This document shows, piece by piece, positions 18,401-26,196 of a stretch of DNA of 64,000 nt (within the stretch, counting starts at the first letter, position 1; each line of letters begins with the position of its first letter). The stretch is from an uncultured Chthoniobacter sp. GTDB taxonomy: Bacteria > Verrucomicrobiota > Verrucomicrobiia > Chthoniobacterales > JACTMZ01. The notes under the pieces are model-generated. The model ran no database searches and was not told the origin of the DNA. It was given only the letters and a program-made list of their open reading frames with translations. The stretch covers positions 9,534-73,533 of the forward strand of contig CAZSUJ010000004.1 of the NCBI GenBank assembly GCA_964609925.1, read 5' to 3'. A program made the translations under genes and the position numbers.

Positions 18401-20923
18401 CTGCCGGTAAACGAAGTAGGCCTGGCCCGGGGAGCGCGTCTCATCCAGAGCCGGTGCCAATGCGACAGGCGGATCGGCCTCCAACGGGCTGGTGCCGAGG
18501 ACGTATTCTAGGGCATTGGCAAAACCGTCTGCGTCGGGGTCATCGGTCGGCTGCTGCCGGTCCGACGGCACTCCTTTGGCGGCGAGCCAATCGGCAAAGG
18601 TCACGGGCCCGGAAGCACCGGCAACCCCGACCATCCAGCAGGTGCCGACAGCCGCAAGCAGGAGTGTTTTGACGGCTCCGGACTGGGCCCGGCGGCGGCG
18701 GCGAACAACGAAATAGACCGCGGCTGCTCCCATCAAGAGGAGCGCTGCAGTGCTTGGCTCGGGGACGGCCGTGGCGCCGAACACCGCCTGACCGAGATTG
18801 CCCAAGGGCACGCCCGTGCCGGCGATGTAGTTCGTGATGTTGGCCGCCGACACGCTCGAAAGCAGGCTGAACTGGGCTGGCCCGATGTAGGCTCCCAAGT
18901 CGAATCCACCCACCTCCGGCAGCCACACGAAAGCGCGCGAGCCCATGTCCGTGTTGCCGCTGTAGAGCGTGTAGAAGCCGGCCGCGAGACCGGTTTCGGT
19001 CATGAGTTGGATCTGGGTGAAAGCCTGCCCGGAGAGCGCAGTGGAGAAGACGAGTTCGTGCGTTTGGTCGAGGATCGGCTGGTAGATCCACCCGGACACG
19101 CCGAGTTGCAGCGCCCCACCGTTGTAACGCTCGGCCGATCCGGCCACGTAACCGCTTTCCGTCACCTGCAAGATGGTTGACTGCGCGTATCCGTCGTTGC
19201 GGGTGTAGGTCGGGCCGGTGAGGCCGATCTCCGCGGTCACGCCATTGGTCTTGGTCAGCCACGTCGCGTTGCCGAGAAGCACGTTCCCGCCATTGTAGCG
19301 CTCCGAGTATCCGAGGACCAAACCGGCGCCGGTCACGTAATCGGCCGAGCTGTATTGGAAGCCCGTCGCACTGGTGAAGTTCGTGCCGGTCAGCCCGACG
19401 CGGGTGGTCGCTCCAGCTGGCGTGGCGACCCAAGCAGACTGCCCTGCAGGCGAGCCGCCGGTGTAGCGCAGCGAGTAGCCGATGGCGCGTCCCGATGCAT
19501 TCATCCGATCCGCGACGCTTTGCTGGTAGCCGCTCGAAGAAGTGTGCTCCGCGTCGGTCAGGCCGATCCGGGCGCTGGAGTAAGTGCCGCCAGGGGCCTG
19601 CGCGATCCAAGCTGCATTGCCTTGGTCGGTCTCTCCGGTGAAGCGCTGGGAACCTCCGATGGCGACTCCCGACTCCGCCAGGGCGCGCACGAAGCTAAAC
19701 TCGCGACCGGATGCCGATTGAAACTCGCCGCCTGTCAGACCGACCCGCACGGTCGAGGCATTACTGATCGTCGCCACCCAGGCCGCTTGGCCCGGAGCCA
19801 CGCCGACGTAACGCTCCGAGTGCCCGGCGACCAGACCGGAGTCGGTGATCGCAACCACATCGCTCACCCGCGCACCGTTCGTCGCGGTGTAGTCCGCGCC
19901 GATGAACCCGACCCGCTGCGTCGTGGCGCCCCCCGGCGAGGCAACCCACGCCGACTTTCCTGTCGCCGCTCCGGCATTGAACCGCTCGGAGTAGCCGGCG
20001 GACTGTCCTGCGAAGTTGATGAATTGCGCCTCGCTTGCCTGATAGCCATTCGTGCCGGTGTGCTCGGCATCGTAGAATCCCACGGCGACCGTCGCGCCCG
20101 GGTTGGTGCTCCATCGCGAAACCCACGCATGCTGGCCGAGAAAATCCCCGGTTCCGGCGGCGTATCTCCAAGAAAAGCCCGCGACCTCACCCGACTCGGC
20201 GGTCTGGCCGATCGAACTGAACTGGTATCCATTGGTCCCAGTGAACCCGGCGTTGGTGAACCCGACCCGCTGGGTCACCGGCACGCCGGCCACCGGCTTC
20301 GCCACCCACGCGCTCTGGCCGAGGTCATTCGACGCTGTCGCTCCGTAACGCCGCGAGAAGCCGACGCTCACCCCGTCGGACGTGATGGATGTCGCCTCGG
20401 AAAACTGGAAGGTGCCGCCTGTGTGTTCAGTGTCGAAAAGCCCGACGCGCGTCGTGACGGCGTTGGAGGCGTTCGCCACCCAAGCCGCGCTGCCGAAATT
20501 CGTCGCAGTCCCGAGAAACCGCGCGGCACTCCCGCGAAGCCAGCCACCTTCGGTCAGTTCAACCGCGACGTTGGCTTGGGTGCCGTCGTTGCGCGTGTAG
20601 TCCGTTCCGGAAAGGCCGATCTGTCGCGTCCCGTCGCCCGACGCAAAAATCCAAGGAACCGTCCCGAGCGAGTTGGATCCCTGGAAGCGCTCGGAGGCCC
20701 CGAACACCTGCCCCGCCTCGTTCATTCCGCCCAAGATGCTGTTCTGGAAGGTGTCGCTGCGCGTGTAATTGCTGTCGAAAAAACCCAACCGCTGAAGGTT
20801 CGTCAGCCCCTGCCCTTGCGCCTGCCCGAGCATGAGAAGCGACAGAGACACGAAAGTTGCGGAACGAAAGAGAACGGTCAGGGAAACCGTCGACGTGATG
20901 GTGGAGAGCCGGCAGCAAGTCAC
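12419..20923 (-). CDS. Giant (2,834 codons) surface protein: signal + 11 HAF-like repeats + internal PEP-CTERM + second hydrophobic segment + TSP3-like module + GH81-like endo-beta-1,3-glucanase split by an inserted repeat array
   Basis: Uninterrupted minus-strand frame. GH81-type C-domain motifs are WNDQHYFYGYY (13811-13843), FDQFTGHPWASG (13568-13588 for GHPWASG) and ENENSVFEGIQAWSAAILWG (from 13474 downwards). The GH81 N-domain-like part is TVGQGLPYAWCEV (~17181-17220). The PEP-CTERM is VPEPSTAALLLMGAAAVYFVVRRRRR at 18689-18766. Confidence 0.7.
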   Translation of the reverse strand: MTCCRLSTITSTVSLTVLFRSATFVSLSLLMLGQAQGQGLTNLQRLGFFDSNYTRSDTFQNSILGGMNEAGQVFGASERFQGSNSLGTVPWIFASGDGTRQIGLSGTDYTRNDGTQANVAVELTEGGWLRGSAARFLGTATNFGSAAWVANASNAVTTRVGLFDTEHTGGTFQFSEATSITSDGVSVGFSRRYGATASNDLGQSAWVAKPVAGVPVTQRVGFTNAGFTGTNGYQFSSIGQTAESGEVAGFSWRYAAGTGDFLGQHAWVSRWSTNPGATVAVGFYDAEHTGTNGYQASEAQFINFAGQSAGYSERFNAGAATGKSAWVASPGGATTQRVGFIGADYTATNGARVSDVVAITDSGLVAGHSERYVGVAPGQAAWVATISNASTVRVGLTGGEFQSASGREFSFVRALAESGVAIGGSQRFTGETDQGNAAWIAQAPGGTYSSARIGLTDAEHTSSSGYQQSVADRMNASGRAIGYSLRYTGGSPAGQSAWVATPAGATTRVGLTGTNFTSATGFQYSSADYVTGAGLVLGYSERYNGGNVLLGNATWLTKTNGVTAEIGLTGPTYTRNDGYAQSTILQVTESGYVAGSAERYNGGALQLGVSGWIYQPILDQTHELVFSTALSGQAFTQIQLMTETGLAAGFYTLYSGNTDMGSRAFVWLPEVGGFDLGAYIGPAQFSLLSSVSAANITNYIAGTGVPLGNLGQAVFGATAVPEPSTAALLLMGAAAVYFVVRRRRRAQSGAVKTLLLAAVGTCWMVGVAGASGPVTFADWLAAKGVPSDRQQPTDDPDADGFANALEYVLGTSPLEADPPVALAPALDETRSPGQAYFVYRQSDQSVGSAQVRVMSSAVLGQWEPANGTPVVLEEGDGYTVYGHPVDLNPMRFFTLEVRLPADASAGALPRFSSAGGPGDTVFHIGTNVGSAWAGLPPLPNVSVRTEAAPVSSTDPTPDTSKYPSAVGAARGSFTADLLQDYSTNGVRPPLRSWLGWFLWADGTPPPGIKPGIHAPGDYGNYTGSDWDYFNYQWPQNTNAPDGGRSAGTWNPVRVDQQPLFLNPFIVNYNWAPGPFGYQSKPMKNFPLNTDYWQDKTIVRGVNLSSVNPFFYQYGDKLTASSVPVSWHQAWLYLAMRPLETTVVVPGNLRPDEVLQPGAWNLRPGGTNDPFPYPVWDRGASAEDQTPFSLKVDRVGDFDADIIYEAASLRATNYYAANRYQRTPFNQPGKGNYLKMTVGQGLPYAWCEVNNARYTTFYNLIRANTNGAISNNTGTGAGMVAGGPWSVPGVSGVQFVLLYGNHVNPNQWYQEVPPWYFDTPSKQPGGFNPPPGPYKNKAGNTINAPGQNNHTYTAVFYRTDTVRPVKLGPPANAPGFNNGTDAQGNPFFFLEFVQPRAKNWFVVANVPPMRYYHTGVPADSRRIMDQAARDWASSLGQYAFNFPTSTSIDYTVDNMTESQTTFRVDVRNPYAAAGRPAAAGMTADSRQTVIALNPHQYQPITLGPDLTKAARPEVVWSPLRSYGRDFPIPASAPPNANRTTPTTASRWNYWSLRGNLKPVITDSFTVAYPFQNFLPSLPPPDYSRRVTQTGIPGIIITDVGTNYTKITAAPQVAIVDSSNKGNGATAVALVDAYRGEVQQVDVVSKGQSYPDGIPPATVSVTIDPPTAAGGRQAKAYAQVGGGKVLAIFMLDKGSGYSSVMTATQGGQNIDPPIIVPNFDGNTGAMLPGLVNVVEGGAGFDFSPTNTNSINVSLFGTGTGAQFEVVKPGNIFQIDPPYGGTGSAGSYPSVDGNPPVVTVSIPPGTNSTNAQTATARMTKIPGTFQAAIINQGNYAATNTLTASFTDDSVPPKTVGLKTFFNGSRVANVVLGDGVPSDFIINSPKDVVFVGGSPTTNAVARVYATYSVNGADITSPLVPGYDSETQVSFLAKDPSDPAVTNVVAPVIGFTIPTNGIIEATNLIISNAGAGLTYDPLEYAIFGGLGFDAALQPVLDTNGGVKAVRILRSGSNYLPSLKLWFNQGDPLPTSPAQADVVVTDGRITAINVTAPGSGYNSSLSVVPVATNWSGSGNPDPVSVHNPKGFPARFVAVLSNGSVASFNKNPPPSGAAPARYIPGTEGVATKDSPPALTWCVTLTPFPRIVQPAFFYRGQVAPQTTGVDEVVYNSIIAQYTKLTSQGLAPFNGAFLGSSAPDGYGLGNQFGAAANFLGDVFNLQQSVATNAANYPNVDITSYALNAAKTPANSYEFPVFAQNNPFGGMNDALKSSVQGMQRAISLLFLDPPSENNPSPQSLANLWNMAYYSQYDEGTGRIVINPTATQPAWGVVSSVQNPATVSPVQNATKTGLSKWEKGMLWSGFGVSDQWNDQHYFYGYYLSSAALAGIFDRAWEPNINTKPADLWVSQSQMGTAIDQLLMTLAYDPDNAALDASLYKDARMSYQKFAFFDQFTGHPWASGAMPGSTTAVLDTTNPLGYWGAYGTLSDKYNGENENSVFEGIQAWSAAILWGAATDRKAVLDLGIYLFTSNLAAGEAYFLDKNYNLANSPLNLHSWVPVTTIDSGQVINNGNNAGWPVNTGYVEASPLAFYESPEAFGGKASAGQSLTKKAEVTLNNFFYAFPTGSRFIQAYPPTAWTLGMARDTTYMRRWAGTTMRQEWTDARNSALFQPAEWLSMSMTAAMAGVPYNPGDQPFPMTGTTPNTPAVQPYIDRLWSSWVTTTAAPGEFAARNPSILSTSVLTFLSSFKDYGDLDWTYVARAKDAGGADANSSIVLTATFTKRLSPTSVETTFVAFNPGWETRYTSFYRLNPDGSRGASPVTGPTPLAIAPKRMLTHKVVFNVP
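18221..18603 (-). other. Copy B of the recurrent TSP3-like + beta-rich module (internal, N-terminal to the GH81-like part)
   Basis: VTFADWLAAKG...DDPDADGFANALEYVLGTSP...LGQWEPA...MRFFTLEVRLPA. Confidence 0.6.
18689..18766 (-). other. Internal PEP-CTERM-type sorting motif (PEP + TM helix + Arg cluster)
   Basis: VPEPSTAALLLMGAAAVYFVVRRRRR. The PEP codons lie at 18755-18763 and five Arg codons at 18689-18703. No stop codon follows. Confidence 0.75.
18913..20797 (-). repeat. Eleven divergent ~57-aa protein repeats (HAF-like extracellular repeat)
   Basis: Each unit reads approximately (R)VGLTxxxxTxxxGxQxSxxxxxxxSGxVAGxSxRYxGGxxxGQSAWVAxxxGxTT. The last unit carries GSRAFVWLPEVGGFDLG, close to the HAF-repeat signature as I recall it. 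Confidence 0.6.
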
Positions 20924-21319
20924 AGCTTGGCAGGGAAAACATCGCGACCAGAGTTGTCAACACCCCTTGTGAATAACTTTGAACCGAACTCACGAGGCTC
21001 CCGGAGCCGTGATGCTGCGGAAGGCACACGATTTAGTGCCCGAGGCACGGTTGTAGCTGGTTGAATCCGACGGTGGCGACACATGTTGACATAAACAGCT
21101 CGATAGCCGGCGAATTTCTCGATTTTTTTGACCCACACACATCAGCACAAGTTGCGCGTTCATGCTTCTGAGGTATTCTTGAACAGAGCCCGACCAAAAC
21201 GGGTCTGAATCTTGTCATGTGTTGGCTCCCCCTTGGTATTTCAGCCACCAGCAGAAGTTTGCCGGGTGCAGCCCTGCATCTGTTGAGCAGGTCGCTGTTG
21301 GCATGATCGCGCTACGACT
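20924..21319. promoter_or_regulatory. Divergent intergenic/promoter region between the two giant genes
   Basis: 396 bp with no convincing ORF. It is locally less GC-rich and holds several TTGAC-type hexamers (e.g. acatgTTGACAtaaac). No promoter can be pinned down by eye. Confidence 0.3.
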
Positions 21320-24300
21320 ATGAAGCGGCGAGTTGCTCATTACGGCATTCTCGCGGCCCCGCTTCTGCTGCTGCTCATTCTCGTGGCCGCGGTGGTGTTG
21401 ATGCCTGAGGCGCGCGATCCTCGGACCGCTCGAGGTGTGGATCCAGCCAAGGAGGAGGCGGCGGGGGCGGCATCTCCCCGGATAACCGAGGGTGCGGCGC
21501 TGCAAGCCTTCGACGCATGGGTGGCGGACGGGAATTACACCGAGGAATTGGCGCAAGGGATCGAATTGGCCCGGCAGCGGCGGGCAACTCTGAAGAAGCT
21601 AATCCAAGCCAATCCCGAGGCAGCTTTGGCGCAGGCGGTGCCCTACGCCCTGCGGAAACGGTTGCCCGAACCCGTCGCGGCTTTGCTGGAAACCCCCGTG
21701 AGCACGGTGGCGAACCTTGACGTCGAGCAGGCCTGCGATGGGCCGGGGGGCCAGTCGAGAAGGCAGAGTTGGGTGATGCTGGACGACCAGCGGGTGCAAG
21801 CCTTCGCGTATGGAGACAGGGCCGAGGTGATGACCAAGGAGAAACTCTCGGTCCACGGCATCGCCATCGACGAGGTGATGGCGATGCTGGATGACCCGCT
21901 GCGGGAGCTTTCCCCAGAGGAGGTCGCCGACTCAGGTCACACAGGACGGGTGGTGCAATTCGGGAAACGGCTGTTCGCGGTGGAATCGGACACCGCGCTG
22001 GAAGCCGCCCGGCAGCAATTGCGCGGGACGGAGGAGATTTTGGGGCCGTCCGCACTACCAGCCTACCGCCAGTTGGCGGCCGGGCAGATGGACGGCCTTT
22101 ATCCGCTCGCCATGCTGGGGGGCGCGGGTGGATCGGACGGCGACTTGCCGCCCGTTGCCTTCTCTCCGTGGACTGAGGGCGGGAAGACCATGCTCTACAT
22201 CCGTGCCCGCTTCGCCGACGAAGCCCCCACCTACGAACCGGTCAGTTTCACCGACGCCCAGACCAACCAAGCCATGGCCGAGACGTTCTGGAAAGAGAAC
22301 TCCTACGGCAAGTCCACTCTCACCACGACGATCACCACGGTGGTCGTGACTTTGCCGAAGAACGGGGGCGAATACGTCAACAATTTCGGCACCCTGCTCG
22401 CCGATGCCCGGCAAGCCGCCTTGGCCGCGAACCCCGCCTGGAATCACAACAACTTCGATTTTTACACGGTTGTCACGAACTTCGCCACCAACGGCCAAGG
22501 TCAAGGCTTCAACTACTCGGGTGTCGCCCAAGTCGGCGGCCCGGGCTCCCACCTCCTGCGCACGTTCATCTCCGTGCGCACGGCCTCCCACGAATACGGA
22601 CACAACCTCGGTCTCAACCACTCAGAATACTGGCTCACCGACTCTCCCTCACCCATCGGCCGCGATTCCATACCCGGCGGATACGCCGACGACACCGCCA
22701 ACGACGAGCGTATTGAATACGGCCATAAATTCGCCGTGATGGGCGGCCAATTTGGCGGCGCCTTCGAGGAGGGACGCGCGCACTACTCCGCCGGCGACAA
22801 AAATCGTCTCGACTGGCTCGTCCAGACCAATGGCGACGTGATCAGCACAACCAACAGCGGCACCTACCGCCTCTTCCGCCACGACGTGCCCGAATCGCTG
22901 TTGGGCAGCATGAGCAACAATGTCGCCCGCGCCATCAAGATCGACCTGCCCGCCACCACGCCGCCGGGCATAAGTCCGCCTTACAAATACTGGCTCAACT
23001 ACCGCTGGCTAACCCAGGATGGCATTGCTACGACCTATCTTCGCAACGGCGTCCAAGTCGACTGGCGACGCGATGACGCCCAGGCCCGCTCGGTCATGCT
23101 CGATATGACCCCCTACTCGCGCGACAGCGGCCCCTACGGCGCGAACCCGGGTTATTCGGCTGACAATGACGACAAGGAAGACGGCGTGCTTCTCATCGGA
23201 CGCACGTTCAGCGACACCGCCGCCGGAATTCACTTCACCCCCATCGCCCGCGGCACCAACGCACCCAACGAATGGCTCGATATTGTCATCAACATCGGCA
23301 CCCAGAGCAACAACATCGCCCCGGTCATCTCCAACTTCACCGTCAGCAACACGAACCCCGCCACCAACCAGAACGTGACTTTCGCCGTCACCGCGACCGA
23401 CACCAACGGCGACACCCTCGCTTATTACTGGGACATGGGCGACAACTCGATTCAGGCGTCGTCGCTCAACCAGACCAACCGCACCAAGAGTTGGACCAAT
23501 GCCGGCTACTACACTGTGCGCGTTGAGGTCTCCGACATGAAGGGAGGCAAGACAACCACCTCCCGGCTCATCCGCGTCGGCACCCCGACCGACAACGGCA
23601 CGATCCAGGGACGCGTCACCCAGGCAGGCCGCCCCGTGGAGGGAGCCCTGGTGCGCTCGGGTGCGATCAGTGCGTGGACCCAAAGCGACGGCTCCTACGT
23701 CCTGGCCGGACTGCCCATCGGTGCGGCGACGGTCACAGCAGTCAAGGACGGCCTCACCTTCACCCCGCGATTCACCAACCCGGTGCCGGTCACCGAGTTC
23801 AACGCGTTTGGCGTTGATTTCACCGCGAACGAGCCGTGGACCGGGGGCGGCGGAACTGCGGCCAGCATCCGGCCCTATCAGCTCACGCTGCCCGTGGGCT
23901 TTGCGGCTCCGTTCGCCGCGCAGGCATTCGACGGGTCCGGGAATCCGGCGTCCTTCAACCCGACGTGGAGCGTTTCCGGCGGCGGCGTGATCAACAGCAA
24001 CGGCGTGTTTCAGGCCCAGAGCGTCGGAGGGCCTTTTGTGGTGACCGCGCAGGACGGTGCGGTCACAGCGACAGCCGCCGTCACGGTGGTTTCGGCGGCC
24101 GCCGGGCCGTCCACGAACGGCACTTGGATCAACCCTGCCGGGGGCTCGTGGTCCACCAACACCAATTGGGCGGGAGGCCCGCCGGGGATCATCGCCGGCG
24201 GTGCCAATTTGACCGCGGACTTCAACACGCTGAACATCACGTCGGATACCACCGTGAACCTGGATGGCGGCCGCATGATCGGGAACCTGGTGTTTGGAGA

Positions 24301-26173
24301 CACCACGCCAGCCTCCGCGGGCAGTTGGATCGTGGCCAATGGCACGGGCGGCTACCTGACGCTCGCCGGCACCAATCCCACCATCACGGTGAACGCGCTG
24401 GGCAGCGGCAAGTTCGCCACCATCACGGCCCAGCTCCACGGGCTCAACGGCTTCACCAAGACCGGTGCCGGCAACCTCCTTCTCAACAACAGCAGCAATG
24501 CCATCAGCGGCGCAATCGTGCTTTCCGGCGGCAACATCCAGCTCAACAGCGCCTCCCTGCGCAATGCTGCGTCGGTGGCGATCAACTCAGGCAGTTTGGT
24601 GGTGGCCACGGCGGCATCCAATGCCGTCGGCGGCACGATCTCCTTCGGCGGCGGCACGATGCAATTCAATGCCAGTCCCGCCACGGACTATTCCGCCAAT
24701 TTCAGCACCGCGACCAATCAGCCCTATCGCATCAACCTTACGTCCACCAATCAGGCCACCTTCAGCAACCGCCTCGTCAGCCAGGGCGGATCGCTCACGA
24801 AGCTGGGCTCGGGCCGGTTGATCCTCGCGGCGTCCAACACCTACACCGCCGGCACAGCTCTTTCCGGCGGCACCCTGACCTTGGCCAGCACGTCGGCCGT
24901 GGGCAGCGGTCCGGTGTCTTTCACAACCAACGCCACCCTGCAGGCAGGCCTGGCAGCGACGCTCTCCAACGCGGTCAGCGTCACCAACGGCGTCACCGGA
25001 ACCCTCGACTCCGACAGCAACAACGTCACGCTCAGCGGCGTGCTCACCGGTGCCGGCGGCCTCACGAAGACCGGCGTCGGCACCCTCAACATTTCCGGAG
25101 GCGGTGCGTCGAACACGCTCTCGGGCCCCATCACCATCAGTGCCGGCACCCTGGCCAACGATAACGTGAATCCGAACCCCGGCATCCAATCGCTGGCCAA
25201 CATGAACGGATCGATCACCGTGGCCGCCGGAGCCACCTTCAATTTCAGCCAGAGCTTCACCGCCGAGCCGCTGGACAACGCCATCACGCTCAGCGGCTCC
25301 GGCAACGGCGGATTCGGCGCCCTCAACCTCTGGCGCAACGCCACGAACACCGGCCAGATCACCCTCGCCGCGGATTCCACCATCTCCCACACCTTCAACA
25401 ACGCCACCATCGCCGGCTCCATCACCGGCACCAACCGCAACCTTACATTCACCACCACCGTCACAAACCAGCCCGGCCTGACGGTCTCCGGGCCGATCAA
25501 CCTCGGCACCGGCGGCATCACCGTCCAAGGCGTGGCCAACAGCGGCAACTTCAGCGTCCGCCTGACCGGGAGCAACAACTACACCGGCGAGACCCACGTC
25601 ATGGCCGGAACCCTCATGCTTAGCGGCAGTTCGCGCATCGACGATTCGGGCACCGTCCGGATCGCCAGCAGCGCCGTCCTTCACCTTGATTTCGCGGGCA
25701 CTGACAACATCACCACGCTCTTCCTCGACGGCGTCACCATGCCCGCCGGAACTTACGGATCCCTGTCCTCCACCGCCGCCAACAAGAGCGCCTATTTCCA
25801 AGGTGCAGGCATTTTGCAGGTCGGTGCAGCCGACAATTACGCATCCTGGGCCACACTCAACGGCGTCACCGGCGGGTCAAACGGCGATAATGACAAGGAT
25901 GGCGTGGCCAACCTCCTGGAATACGCGCTCATCGACGGAGGCGAACGGGGCGTGCTCAACGGCAACGTCATTACCTTCACCAAGCGCGGCGCTCCCTACG
26001 GCGAGGATTTGACCTACATCATTGAGGTGTCCGAGACCCTCCTGCCCGGCTCATGGGCTCCGGCGGTCACCCACGGCCCCGCTCAACTGGGCGCGCCGAT
26101 CAGCTACGACTTGGCCCCGGGTCCCGGCAATCCCAAGAAGTTCGCCCGCCTCAAGGTCGTGATGGCGCCGTAA
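21320..26173 (+). CDS. Membrane-anchored/secreted metzincin-like zinc metalloprotease fused to PKD, carboxypeptidase-regulatory-like and Big_2-like domains, a long PATR region and the C-terminal TSP3-like module
   Basis: N-terminal anchor MKRRVAHYGILAAPLLLLLILVAAVVL. HEYGHNLGLNH (HExxHxxGxxH) at 22589-22621. PKD segment NVTFAVTATDTNGDTLAYYWDMGDNS...YYTVRVEVSD. GTIQGRVTQAGRPVEGALV. PATR head GTWINPAGGSWSTNTNWAGG...IGNLVFGD, then many G-T/N-rich beta-strand repeats. The tail is ...NDKDGVANLLEYA...KKFARLKVVMAP. Confidence 0.75.
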   Translation: MKRRVAHYGILAAPLLLLLILVAAVVLMPEARDPRTARGVDPAKEEAAGAASPRITEGAALQAFDAWVADGNYTEELAQGIELARQRRATLKKLIQANPEAALAQAVPYALRKRLPEPVAALLETPVSTVANLDVEQACDGPGGQSRRQSWVMLDDQRVQAFAYGDRAEVMTKEKLSVHGIAIDEVMAMLDDPLRELSPEEVADSGHTGRVVQFGKRLFAVESDTALEAARQQLRGTEEILGPSALPAYRQLAAGQMDGLYPLAMLGGAGGSDGDLPPVAFSPWTEGGKTMLYIRARFADEAPTYEPVSFTDAQTNQAMAETFWKENSYGKSTLTTTITTVVVTLPKNGGEYVNNFGTLLADARQAALAANPAWNHNNFDFYTVVTNFATNGQGQGFNYSGVAQVGGPGSHLLRTFISVRTASHEYGHNLGLNHSEYWLTDSPSPIGRDSIPGGYADDTANDERIEYGHKFAVMGGQFGGAFEEGRAHYSAGDKNRLDWLVQTNGDVISTTNSGTYRLFRHDVPESLLGSMSNNVARAIKIDLPATTPPGISPPYKYWLNYRWLTQDGIATTYLRNGVQVDWRRDDAQARSVMLDMTPYSRDSGPYGANPGYSADNDDKEDGVLLIGRTFSDTAAGIHFTPIARGTNAPNEWLDIVINIGTQSNNIAPVISNFTVSNTNPATNQNVTFAVTATDTNGDTLAYYWDMGDNSIQASSLNQTNRTKSWTNAGYYTVRVEVSDMKGGKTTTSRLIRVGTPTDNGTIQGRVTQAGRPVEGALVRSGAISAWTQSDGSYVLAGLPIGAATVTAVKDGLTFTPRFTNPVPVTEFNAFGVDFTANEPWTGGGGTAASIRPYQLTLPVGFAAPFAAQAFDGSGNPASFNPTWSVSGGGVINSNGVFQAQSVGGPFVVTAQDGAVTATAAVTVVSAAAGPSTNGTWINPAGGSWSTNTNWAGGPPGIIAGGANLTADFNTLNITSDTTVNLDGGRMIGNLVFGDTTPASAGSWIVANGTGGYLTLAGTNPTITVNALGSGKFATITAQLHGLNGFTKTGAGNLLLNNSSNAISGAIVLSGGNIQLNSASLRNAASVAINSGSLVVATAASNAVGGTISFGGGTMQFNASPATDYSANFSTATNQPYRINLTSTNQATFSNRLVSQGGSLTKLGSGRLILAASNTYTAGTALSGGTLTLASTSAVGSGPVSFTTNATLQAGLAATLSNAVSVTNGVTGTLDSDSNNVTLSGVLTGAGGLTKTGVGTLNISGGGASNTLSGPITISAGTLANDNVNPNPGIQSLANMNGSITVAAGATFNFSQSFTAEPLDNAITLSGSGNGGFGALNLWRNATNTGQITLAADSTISHTFNNATIAGSITGTNRNLTFTTTVTNQPGLTVSGPINLGTGGITVQGVANSGNFSVRLTGSNNYTGETHVMAGTLMLSGSSRIDDSGTVRIASSAVLHLDFAGTDNITTLFLDGVTMPAGTYGSLSSTAANKSAYFQGAGILQVGAADNYASWATLNGVTGGSNGDNDKDGVANLLEYALIDGGERGVLNGNVITFTKRGAPYGEDLTYIIEVSETLLPGSWAPAVTHGPAQLGAPISYDLAPGPGNPKKFARLKVVMAP
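25827..26170 (+). other. Copy C of the recurrent TSP3-like + beta-rich module (C-terminal)
   Basis: ADNYASWATLNG...GDNDKDGVANLLEYALIDG...LLPGSWAPA...KKFARLKVVMAP-stop. Confidence 0.6.
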
Positions 26174-26196
26174 CGACGCAAGCGCCCGACCAAGAG

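Noticed and set aside
12419-20923. Splitting the giant ORF into two ordinary genes at the PEP-CTERM
   Set aside because: There is no stop codon after the Arg cluster. The residue preceding the second hydrophobic segment is Val encoded by GTC, not a start codon. As sequenced it is one frame, so I kept a single CDS and reported the junction as a finding.
20920-21248. Small ORFs (71-72 codons) inside the 396-bp divergent intergenic region
   Set aside because: They show no GC3 bias, no recognisable motifs and an odd composition. They fit a promoter/leader region better than genes.
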